From Methanomassiliicoccaceae archaeon (GTDB lineage Archaea; Thermoplasmatota; Thermoplasmata; Methanomassiliicoccales; Methanomassiliicoccaceae): 64,000 nucleotides of DNA. This document shows positions 56,203 to 64,000 of the stretch, piece after piece; positions within the stretch are counted from its first letter, which is position 1; each line of letters opens with the position of its first letter. The notes beneath the pieces are model-generated. The model did no database searches. It had not been told where the DNA came from and worked only from the letters and a program-made list of their open reading frames with translations. The position numbers and the translations under genes were made by a program. The DNA lies in assembly GCA_040776945.1 (NCBI GenBank), contig JAXGZN010000002.1, forward strand, positions 128,001-192,000, in the 5' to 3' direction.

Positions 56203-59200
56203 CGTCCATGGGCCCGGCGCGGGCGCGCTTCATGGCCGCCACGGTGGCCCGAGCCGCTTGCACCGTCGTGAGGAAAGGGATCTCCAGCTCCACCGCCAAG
56301 CGGCGCATCATGTATCCATCGCGCCTCGCTCCGGACGCCTCGCTCGGGGTATTGATGATGAGGTTGATGTCCCCCCCGCGCATGAGCCCCAGGGCGTCGG
56401 GGGCCATCTTCTGGGATATGGTGTAAACCGTGGTGGTCTGAAGCCCCCTCTCCCTCAGGAAGGTGGAGGTCCCCTTGGTGGCGTAGATGCAGAACCCCAT
56501 GTCCTGCAGTTCCCTGGCGATGTCCAGGATCTGCGGCTTGTCCGCATCGCTGACCGTGATGTAGACCCCGCCGCAGGAAGGCAGCTTAAGGCCCGCGGAT
56601 ATCAGCGCCTTGTAGCAGGCGGCGTCAAAGGTCTCGGCGATGCCCATGACCTCCCCGGTGGAGCGCATCTCCGGCCCGAGGATGGAGTCCACTCCCGGCA
56701 GCTTAAGGAACGGGAAGACGGACGCTTTCACGGCAACGTGGTCGTACCGGGCCACCCCGACGCACCCCAACTCTTTGAGCGAGCGGCCGAGCATCACCTT
56801 GGTGGCGATCTTGGCCAGCGGAACGCCGATGGCCTTGGACACGAAGGGCACGGTCCTCGAGGCCCGAGGATTGGCCTCGATCATATACACATCGCCGTCC
56901 TTTACCGCCAGCTGGAGGTTCAGCAGCCCCCGGATGTTCAGCCCCTTGGCCACCTTGTTGGATATGTCCACGATCTTGGAGACCATCAACGGCGAGAGCG
57001 TCTGCGGCGGCATGCTCATGGTGGCGTCCCCCGAGTGTACGCCGGCCTCCTCGATGTGCTCGAGCATGCCCCCTATGAACGAGTCCACCCCATCGGAGAC
57101 GACGTCGACATCGATCTCTATGGCATGGGAGAGGTACTTATCAACGAGGATCGGATGGGCCTTGGAGACCTTGACCGCTGTGGCGACATAGGTCCGCAGT
57201 TCCTCCTCGCAATACACGATCTCCATCGCCCGGCCGCCGATGACGTACGACGGGCGGACCAGGACGGGATACCCGATCTCGCTGGCGATGGCCCTCACCT
57301 CCTCGAAGGAATGCCCCGTGCCGGAGCGGGGCTGGAGGATGCCCAGCTTGTCCATCAGCGCGGAGAACAGCTTGCGGTCCTCCGCGGCGTCAACGTCCAT
57401 GGGGGAGGTGCCCAGCACCTTGGTCTTGGAACCCTCCAAGGCATTCATCAGAGGCATGGCCAGATTGATCGCGGTCTGCCCTCCGAACTGCAGGATCACG
57501 CCGTCAGCCCTCTCGTTCTCGATGACATTGAGGACATCCTCGAGCGTGAGCGGCTCGAAGTAAAGACGGTCGGAGATGTCGTAATCGGTGGACACGGTCT
57601 CCGGGTTGTTGTTGATGATGATCGCTTCCACGCCCTCCTCCTGGAGGGCCATGACCCCGTGCACGCACGCATAGTCGAACTCGATCCCCTGACCGATCCG
57701 TATGGGCCCTCCGCCGACTATGACCACCCTCTTCCTCTCCGATGGCCGGGCCTCGTTCTCTCTCTCATAGGTAGAGTAGAAATAGGGGGTCTCGGCCTCG
57801 AACTCGGCGGCGCAGGTGTCCACCATCTTATAGGTCGGCAGTATCCCCGCCTCCTTGCGCTCCCTGCGAACATCTTCTTCCGAACGTCCGGTCAGCTCAG
57901 CGATGACCCTGTCCGAGAAGCCCAGGCGCTTCGCGGCGCGCAGTACCTCCATGGCAAGCTCCCCGCCGTCCTTGAGCAAGACCTCCATATCCAGTATGTT
58001 CTTTATCTTGAACAGGAAGAAGGGGTCCCAGTTGGTGATGCGTGCGATCTCCTCAAGGTCCATCCCCCGGCGCAGGGCCTCGGCGATCACGAACAGCCTC
58101 TGGTCGGTGGCGACGGCCAGCTCCCTTCTCATCTGCTCCTCGGTCAGGCCCACCCTGTCGAGGTACTCCTGGTCGATCTCCAGGGAGCGCAGCGCCTTCA
58201 GCAGCCCCTCCTCGATGGTCCTCCCAATGGCCATTATCTCCCCGGTGCTCTTCATCTGCGTGCCCAGGGTGCGGTCCACGGTGCGGAACTTGTCGAACGG
58301 CCAGCGGGGGATCTTCAACACGACATAGTCGATGGTCGGCTCCAGCGCGGCAAAGGTCTTGCCGGTTATGCGGTTCGGTATCTCGTCCAAGGTATACCCC
58401 ACGGCTATCTTCGCGGCGACCCTCGCGATCGGGTAACCGGTCGCCTTGGAGGCGAGCGCGGAGGACCTCGATACACGGGGGTTGACCTCGATCACCCGGT
58501 ACTCCCTGGTCTTGGGGTCGAAGGCGAACTGGACATTGCAGCCCCCCTCGATCCCGAGTGCGCGGATGGTGTTGATGCTGGCGTTGCGAAGGCGCTGATG
58601 GTCCTCGTCGCTGAGGGTCACGGCCGGGGCGATGACGATGGACTCGCCGGTGTGGATGCCCATGGGGTCGAGGTTCTCCATGCTGCATATGATGATGCAG
58701 TTGTCCTTGGAGTCCCTCATCACCTCGTACTCGAACTCTTTCCAGCCGAGGACGCTCTCCTCGATCAGCACCTGGTGGATGCGCGAGTAGATCAGCCCGC
58801 GGCCGGCGATGACCTGCAGTTCCTCCTCGTTGTGGGCGATGCCCCCGCCGGTGCCGCCCAGAGTATACGCCGGACGGACCAGGACAGGGAACGAGCCGAT
58901 CTCACGGGCGGCCTGCATGGCCTCCTCGATGGAGTGCACCGTCTTGCTCTTGGGTATCGGCTCACCGATGCGGAGCATCATCTCCCGGAACAGCTCGCGG
59001 TCCTCGGACAGCGCTATGGCCTTCGGCTGGGTGCCCAGCAGGGCGATGCCCAGGCGCTCCAAGGTGCCGTTCTCCGCAAGCTCGGAGCATATGTTGAGCG
59101 CGGTCTGGCCGCCCATGCCTGACAGTATCCCGTCCACCTTCTCCTTCTCGGCGATGCGCGCCACCGTCTCCACGGTGAGCGGCTCCACGTACACCACGTC

Positions 59201-59380
59201 GGCGGTTTCCACGTCCGTCTGGATCGTTGCCGGGTTGGAGTTCACCAGTACGGTGGTGTAACCCTCCTCCCGCAGGGAGCGGCAGGCCTGGGTGCCGGAG
59301 AAGTCGAACTCCGCCGCTTGTCCGATGACTATTGGCCCGGAGCCGATGACCATGATCTTTCTCAGGTCGTCGCGCCTCAA
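56174..59380 (-). CDS. carB: Carbamoyl-phosphate synthase large subunit
   Basis: GSGPIVIGQAAEFDFSG, NSNPATIQTD, IEVNPRVSRSSALASKATG, GPIRIGQGIEFDY motifs and an MGS domain; TTG start overlaps the carA stop. Confidence 0.98.
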   Translation of the reverse strand: MRRDDLRKIMVIGSGPIVIGQAAEFDFSGTQACRSLREEGYTTVLVNSNPATIQTDVETADVVYVEPLTVETVARIAEKEKVDGILSGMGGQTALNICSELAENGTLERLGIALLGTQPKAIALSEDRELFREMMLRIGEPIPKSKTVHSIEEAMQAAREIGSFPVLVRPAYTLGGTGGGIAHNEEELQVIAGRGLIYSRIHQVLIEESVLGWKEFEYEVMRDSKDNCIIICSMENLDPMGIHTGESIVIAPAVTLSDEDHQRLRNASINTIRALGIEGGCNVQFAFDPKTREYRVIEVNPRVSRSSALASKATGYPIARVAAKIAVGYTLDEIPNRITGKTFAALEPTIDYVVLKIPRWPFDKFRTVDRTLGTQMKSTGEIMAIGRTIEEGLLKALRSLEIDQEYLDRVGLTEEQMRRELAVATDQRLFVIAEALRRGMDLEEIARITNWDPFFLFKIKNILDMEVLLKDGGELAMEVLRAAKRLGFSDRVIAELTGRSEEDVRRERKEAGILPTYKMVDTCAAEFEAETPYFYSTYERENEARPSERKRVVIVGGGPIRIGQGIEFDYACVHGVMALQEEGVEAIIINNNPETVSTDYDISDRLYFEPLTLEDVLNVIENERADGVILQFGGQTAINLAMPLMNALEGSKTKVLGTSPMDVDAAEDRKLFSALMDKLGILQPRSGTGHSFEEVRAIASEIGYPVLVRPSYVIGGRAMEIVYCEEELRTYVATAVKVSKAHPILVDKYLSHAIEIDVDVVSDGVDSFIGGMLEHIEEAGVHSGDATMSMPPQTLSPLMVSKIVDISNKVAKGLNIRGLLNLQLAVKDGDVYMIEANPRASRTVPFVSKAIGVPLAKIATKVMLGRSLKELGCVGVARYDHVAVKASVFPFLKLPGVDSILGPEMRSTGEVMGIAETFDAACYKALISAGLKLPSCGGVYITVSDADKPQILDIARELQDMGFCIYATKGTSTFLRERGLQTTTVYTISQKMAPDALGLMRGGDINLIINTPSEASGARRDGYMMRRLAVELEIPFLTTVQAARATVAAMKRARAGPMDVTDLGSYHR

Positions 59381-60459
59381 TGCTTACCCTCCAAGGTGTC
59401 CATGAACTCGTCGAACAGATAGGTGGTGTCCTGGGGGCCCGACCTCGCTTCTGGATGGTACTGCACGGACATTATCGGAAGCTCAGTGTGTCTCATGCCG
59501 TCCACCGTGCCGTCGTTGACGTTGATGTGGTCAGCGATGAACCCGGTGCCGCTCAAGGACTCCATGTCCACCGCGTACCCGTGGTTCTGAGCAGTGATGA
59601 ACACCTGGCCGTTGTGCTTGACCGGCTGGTTCACTCCCCGGTGGCCGAACTTCATCTTATAGGTACGCCCGCCGAACGCGAGGGCCAGCAGTTGGTTCCC
59701 CAGGCAGATGCCCATGAGCGGGTAGTCGTCCTTTAGTTCGCGGAGCGTCCTGACGGTGTTCGTGATCATCTCCGGGTGGGCCGGGTCCCCCGGCCCATTG
59801 GATATGAATATGCCGTCCAGCTCCTCACCCCGGAACCATGATGCCGGGGTGTTCCACGGCACCTGCACCACGCTGAACCTCCGCGTAAGCTCGTTCACGA
59901 TGCTCCTCTTCACCCCGCAGTCGATGAGGGCGACGCGCTTCTTTCCCTCGTTCTCATAGCGCAGCACCTCGGGGGTGGAGACCTCTGCCACCAGGTTGCT
60001 GTCCGAAGGATATCTCATCTTCCTAACCTTCTCCAGCACCTCTTGGGGGTCGTCATGGAAAGAGATGGCGCCCCGGAGGGTCCCGCGCTCGCGTATGCCG
60101 ATGATGATCGACCGGGTGTCCAGCTCTGAGATCCCAGGCGCTTCGCTGGCCCTCATATAATCGTCGAGTTCCCGCCCGCCGTACATCCGGGAGGCCTTCC
60201 GGCAGAGCTGCCTTACCGCGAAGCCGGTCACCTGCACCCGGGACGACTCCGTGTATCGATCGTCGACGCCGTAGTTCCCGATGACAGGGTGGGACATGAT
60301 AAGAATCTGGCCTTTGTAAGAAGGATCGGTAAGGCTCTCCTGATAGCCGGCCATGCCAGTATTGAACACGACCTCGCCGTATACGGTCTTCCCAAAACCA
60401 AAGCCAGTGCCCTCAGCGATTGTCCCGTTCTCAAGGATGAGGTGGCACTGTTTTACCAT
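59377..60459 (-). CDS. carA: Carbamoyl-phosphate synthase small subunit
   Basis: GEVVFNTGMAGYQESLTDPSY, SNGPGDP, GICLGNQ, FGHRG.NQP and QYHPEA motifs; ATG 60459. Confidence 0.97.
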   Translation of the reverse strand: MVKQCHLILENGTIAEGTGFGFGKTVYGEVVFNTGMAGYQESLTDPSYKGQILIMSHPVIGNYGVDDRYTESSRVQVTGFAVRQLCRKASRMYGGRELDDYMRASEAPGISELDTRSIIIGIRERGTLRGAISFHDDPQEVLEKVRKMRYPSDSNLVAEVSTPEVLRYENEGKKRVALIDCGVKRSIVNELTRRFSVVQVPWNTPASWFRGEELDGIFISNGPGDPAHPEMITNTVRTLRELKDDYPLMGICLGNQLLALAFGGRTYKMKFGHRGVNQPVKHNGQVFITAQNHGYAVDMESLSGTGFIADHINVNDGTVDGMRHTELPIMSVQYHPEARSGPQDTTYLFDEFMDTLEGKH

Positions 60460-60618
60460 CGAGATTTTGAAGAATAGGAGTGTTGTACTTAAGGTTTGGC
60501 ATCTCTCGGCGGACACGCCGGGGGGCGGAGGTCGGGGTCCGGCGATGCTCTCGATCGGCCAGCCCCTCGCTCCCCCCTTCCCGCAGTTCTAATATAATGA
60601 TAGCCCAATGAACGGCCC

Positions 60619-61659
60619 ATGCGCGTGCTCCACCAAGATCGCCAGGCCGGGGAGATCAAAGTGCAAGTGGAGACGCTGGACGACCTATGGCATCTCTATA
60701 ACATCATCGTCCCCGGCGACGTCATCATCTCCGTCACCTACCGCCGGGACGAGTCCAAGACCGACAAGCTGAGGGCGGAGAGGGGGGAGAAGAAGCGCAT
60801 GGTCTTGGGCATCAGGGCCGAGAACATCGAGTTCCAGGAGTCCGAGAACAGGCTGCGCGTCCACGGGATCATCGCCGAGGGGCCGCAGGACGTGGGCTCC
60901 TACCACACTCTGAACCTCGGCGAGGCGGATGTCCTCACCATCCGCAAGGAGCACTGGGAGGCGGCGGTGCTCGACAGGGTCAGGAGGGCGGTGGAGGATT
61001 CCAAGAAGCCTAAGATACTGTTCGTGGCGCTGGAGAACGATGAGGCGGTCATCGCCATCGCCCGCCAGTTCGGGATACAGGAGATCGCCCGCATCTACGC
61101 CCCGTCCTCGGGAAAGATGTACGAGCAGAAGGACGGGGGCAACTTCTACGACGACATAGTGGAGAAGGTCAAGCAGTCCGCGGAGCCCGGCGTGCCGCTG
61201 GTGATCCTCGGGCCCGGCTTCGCCAAGGAGGCGCTGCTGAACCGGGGCAAGGAGCGCGAGCCCGAGCTGTTCAGGGGCGCGCACATCTATCACACCGGGC
61301 AGGCGGGAATGGCCGGGGTGCACGAGCTGATGAAGGCCGGCCTTGGCACTGAGGTCGTGCAGAGCTCGAGGGCGGCCCTGGAGACCAAGCTGGTTGAGGA
61401 CGTGCTGACGGAGATCGCGCGGAACGGCCCGGTGGCCTATGGGCCGGAGGAGGTCCAGTGGGCGGTCTCCCTGGGCGCGGTGGACACGCTGATCGTCCTG
61501 GACAGCGCGGTCCGCAAGAACCTATATGGGCCGTTGATGTCGTCGGTGGAGAACGCCCGAGGCAAGGTCGTGGTGGTGAGCGAGCGCTTCGAGGCCGGGG
61601 TAAAGCTCGAGGCCCTGGGGGGCGTCGCCGCCCTGCTGAGGTTCAAGCTCCCGGAATGA
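60619..61659 (+). CDS. pelA: Pelota (aPelota/Dom34) ribosome rescue factor
   Basis: ETLDDLWHL, RLRVHG, GSYHTL, GPGFAKE, VAYG and LGGVAALLRF motifs. Confidence 0.95.
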   Translation: MRVLHQDRQAGEIKVQVETLDDLWHLYNIIVPGDVIISVTYRRDESKTDKLRAERGEKKRMVLGIRAENIEFQESENRLRVHGIIAEGPQDVGSYHTLNLGEADVLTIRKEHWEAAVLDRVRRAVEDSKKPKILFVALENDEAVIAIARQFGIQEIARIYAPSSGKMYEQKDGGNFYDDIVEKVKQSAEPGVPLVILGPGFAKEALLNRGKEREPELFRGAHIYHTGQAGMAGVHELMKAGLGTEVVQSSRAALETKLVEDVLTEIARNGPVAYGPEEVQWAVSLGAVDTLIVLDSAVRKNLYGPLMSSVENARGKVVVVSERFEAGVKLEALGGVAALLRFKLPE

Positions 61660-61722
61660 GCGCGCTAGGACGTCTCGCGCGCGCAGCCCCACCGCAGCGC
61701 GGCCGTGGACGAAGGCGGACTG

Positions 61723-61742
61723 CGAAAAAGTTATTTATATAA
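61723..61742 (+). promoter_or_regulatory. BRE/TATA promoter about 210 nt upstream of the homocitrate synthase-like gene
   Basis: CGAAAAAG (BRE-like) followed by TTATTTATATAA. Confidence 0.6.
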
Positions 61743-61954
61743 CCAATATTAGGTTGTCGTCCGGACCCGTGCCCGACATAACGTAGGGGGAGCACCCCTG
61801 ACGATTAGACAAATGAACTTGTTCCGTGGGGGACACTGGACGGCGGTCCTTGTCTTGGAGAGCGACGATTCAGCTAAATAGCGGGTCGAGGCTCGCAGCG
61901 ACACATCACCGCTCCAGCTCCGCGAGGGCGGGGGAAGGCAGGAAAAGTGAACGT

Positions 61955-63136
61955 ATGATGGACAAGCAGGATGTCTTGACCAAGCTGGCAAAGAACAAGC
62001 TGCTGGTGTGCGATACCACCCTCAGGGATGGAGAGCAGGCCGCGGGCATCGTCTTCGCCAACCTGGAGAAGGTTCGCATCGCCAAGCTGCTGGACGAGAT
62101 AGGGGTCCAGCAGATCGAGGCAGGGATCCCGGCGATGGGGGGCGACGAGAAAGCCTCCATCAAGCGCATCGCTCACTTGGGGCTCAATGCCTCCATCCTT
62201 GGATGGAACCGCGCCTCGACGGAGGATATCCAGCACAGCATCGACTGCGACGTCGACTCGGTCGCCATCTCCATGTCATCATCGGACATCCACATCGAGC
62301 ATAAGCTGATGAAGTCCCGCCAATGGGTCCTGGACCGCATCGTCGAGGCGGTGGAGTACGCCAAGGCCCACGGGCTATACATCTCGGTCAACGCGGAGGA
62401 CGCCTCCCGGGCTGACCCCGCCTTCATGGTCCAGTTCGCCAGGACGGCGAAGGAGGCCGGCGCTGACAGGGTACGCTACTGCGACACCCTTGGCATCATG
62501 ACCCCTTCGGGCATGTACAACGCCATCAAGCGCCTGATCGACGAGGTCCGCATCCCTATAGAGATGCATACCCACAACGACTTCGGGATGGCCACGGCGA
62601 ACGCGATCGCCGGGGTGCAGGCCGGAGCGACCTTCCTGAGCACCACGGTCATGGGCATCGGGGAGCGCACCGGCAACTCGCCGCTGGAAGAGGTGGTCAT
62701 GGCCTCCAAGCACCTGCTGAAGATCGATACCGGCATCGAAACCAAGAGGCTGCGCGAGATCGCCGAGTACGTGGCCAGGGCGAGCAGCCGGGAGATACCG
62801 GCGTGGAAGCCGATCGTGGGCCAGAACTGCTTCGCCCATGAGGCCGGAATCCACACCGACGGAGTGATCAAGTTCCTCTCCAACTACGAGCCGTACTCCC
62901 CGGAGGAGGTCGGCATGTCCCGCAAGATAATCATCGGGAAGCACTCCGGGCGCAGCACCATAAAGCAGGCACTGGGGGCCAGGGGCATCGATCTGGACGA
63001 CGCCTCGGCGGCGGCGGTCCTGGAGATCGTCAGGGCCACCTCGGTCTCGCTCAAGCGCTCGCTCTCGGAGAACGAGCTGCTGTACATATATCAAGATTAC
63101 CAGGAGGGGACGGGCCCCGCCCGGTCAACAAGGTGA
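61955..63136 (+). CDS. Homocitrate synthase-like (AksA/NifV, DRE-TIM family) enzyme
   Basis: DTTLRDGEQ, IEAG, EDASR, CDTLG, HTHNDFG, GIGERTGN, HEAGIH and GKHSG motifs; no LeuA C-terminal regulatory domain. Confidence 0.88.
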   Translation: MMDKQDVLTKLAKNKLLVCDTTLRDGEQAAGIVFANLEKVRIAKLLDEIGVQQIEAGIPAMGGDEKASIKRIAHLGLNASILGWNRASTEDIQHSIDCDVDSVAISMSSSDIHIEHKLMKSRQWVLDRIVEAVEYAKAHGLYISVNAEDASRADPAFMVQFARTAKEAGADRVRYCDTLGIMTPSGMYNAIKRLIDEVRIPIEMHTHNDFGMATANAIAGVQAGATFLSTTVMGIGERTGNSPLEEVVMASKHLLKIDTGIETKRLREIAEYVARASSREIPAWKPIVGQNCFAHEAGIHTDGVIKFLSNYEPYSPEEVGMSRKIIIGKHSGRSTIKQALGARGIDLDDASAAAVLEIVRATSVSLKRSLSENELLYIYQDYQEGTGPARSTR

Positions 63137-63142
63137 ACTAGA

Positions 63143-64000
63143 ATGGGAACAATCTCTGAAAAGATACTATCAGCACATGCTGGGAAAGAGGTCCATGCCG
63201 GGGACATCTGCGTGGTCCCGGTGGACTTCATGATGTCCCAGGATGGGACCACCGGCCTGACCATCAAGGCGTTCAAGCAGATGGAGGCGCAGCGCATCGC
63301 CAACCCCAAGAAGTACGCCATCGTTATCGACCACAACTCGCCGTCGCCCATGGAGTCGGTGTCCAATATCCACAAGGAGATGAGGGAGTTCGCCGATTCG
63401 CAGGGCTCGCTGATCTACGACGTCGGCGAGGGCGTATGCCATCAGCTGCTCCCCGAGCACGGACACGTGCTGCCGGGGAACGTGGTGATCGGCGGGGACT
63501 CTCACACCTGCACCTACGGCGCGCTCAACGTGTTCGCCACCGGTGTCGGTTCCACGGACCTCGCCGCCGCCCTGGTCACCGGCAAGATATGGTTCCGGGT
63601 GCCCAGCACCATCAAGTTCGTGTACGACGGCACCCTGCCGTCCGGCACCTACTCGAAGGACGTCATACTGCATATGTGCAGGACGCTTACCGCGAGCGGC
63701 GCGACGTACAAGGCCCTGGAGATCTACGGAACGGTCATCGACGCGATGTCCGTGGACGCCAGGATGACCATCTCCAACATGGTGGTCGAGGTCGGCGCCA
63801 AGGTCGGGCTGATGGCCTGCGACGGCCGGGTGCGCGACTACGTGAGGCAGAGGACCAACGCCCCGTTCAAGGGCGTGGAGGCCTCCGGCTCCGCCATCTA
63901 TGACCGCGTCATCAGGGAGGACCTCACCGACCTCGCGCCCCAGATCGCGAAGCCCCACCAGGTGGACAACGTCGTGGACGTGGACGAGGTCGCCGGCATC
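63143..64000 (+). CDS. Homoaconitase/isopropylmalate dehydratase large subunit (AksD/LeuC family), 5' part
   Basis: Manual translation MGTISEKIL..QDGT..IDH..GVCHQ..GDSHTCTYGA..TGVGSTD..RMTISNM..E; GGTGA Shine-Dalgarno upstream; runs off the right edge. Confidence 0.92.
   Translation, partial: MGTISEKILSAHAGKEVHAGDICVVPVDFMMSQDGTTGLTIKAFKQMEAQRIANPKKYAIVIDHNSPSPMESVSNIHKEMREFADSQGSLIYDVGEGVCHQLLPEHGHVLPGNVVIGGDSHTCTYGALNVFATGVGSTDLAAALVTGKIWFRVPSTIKFVYDGTLPSGTYSKDVILHMCRTLTASGATYKALEIYGTVIDAMSVDARMTISNMVVEVGAKVGLMACDGRVRDYVRQRTNAPFKGVEASGSAIYDRVIREDLTDLAPQIAKPHQVDNVVDVDEVAGI

Noticed and set aside
56180-59122. 980-aa plus-strand ORF and other long antisense ORFs (82..1158, 3231..4406, 23661..24911, 33439..35415, 45639..47225, 47781..49067)
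   Set aside because: They are antisense shadows of well-supported genes, expected from GC-rich codon usage, and contain no recognisable motifs.
61850-61897. Lysine riboswitch-like words (TCTTGGAGAGCGAC and GTCGAGGCTCGC) in the homocitrate synthase leader
   Set aside because: The two segments occur in the reverse of the canonical order, and I cannot identify the P2-P4 architecture.
38133-61954. Long N-terminal extensions in the ORF track (hisH 38873, UPF0280 44584, aroK 51729, aroDE 52904, carA 60516, homocitrate synthase 61826; likewise dph5, trm5, gcvH, pheA, mtnP)
   Set aside because: These come from choosing the most upstream start codon; canonical starts with Shine-Dalgarno signals or stop-start overlaps exist at the conserved N-termini.
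1-64000. CRISPR arrays, insertion sequences, integrases, prophage or defence genes, rRNA and tRNA genes
   Set aside because: No regularly spaced repeats, transposase or integrase motifs, or structural RNA consensus sequences were seen; herA here is in its housekeeping mre11-rad50 context, not a defence context.

Overview
GC-rich, gene-dense archaeal chromosome segment. The gene set (Dph5, pelota, Trm5, archaeal AroA'/AroB'/GHMP-type AroK, CbiZ/CobY/CobZ, archaeal CobT, DUF39/NIL-ferredoxin/UPF0280 homocysteine module, HypF) indicates an anaerobic archaeon; a Methanomassiliicoccales-type methanogen is my best inference. Contents from left to right: herA-mre11-rad50 (rad50 runs off the left edge); a four-gene glycan module; a degenerate FtsZ-like gene; dph5, trm5, dcd, ilvE; an 8-gene corrinoid uptake and remodelling operon plus cobT; a small patch of orphan genes next to an AT-only tract; hypF, gcvH, MTAP; a his operon continuing into a PHP phosphatase, aspartate kinase and pheA; a B12 radical SAM gene; an 11-gene operon joining the shikimate pathway, asd and homocysteine synthesis; carAB; pelota; homocitrate synthase-like and aconitase-family genes (the latter off the right edge). 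I found no rRNA, tRNA, CRISPR array, transposase or integrase. The most notable observations are: (i) several operon-internal genes, most convincingly rad50, appear to need near-cognate start codons (ATC/ATT/GTT); (ii) a perfect 19-bp palindrome sits in the promoter of the aro-asd-homocysteine operon, opposite an ACT-domain regulator; (iii) a long leader before the homocitrate synthase-like gene holds a uORF with Lys-amber whose read-through would end 4 nt before the main ATG; (iv) an FtsZ paralogue lacks the catalytic T7 loop; (v) candidate small structured RNAs and operators. All product calls come from motif recognition by eye; no database search was run.
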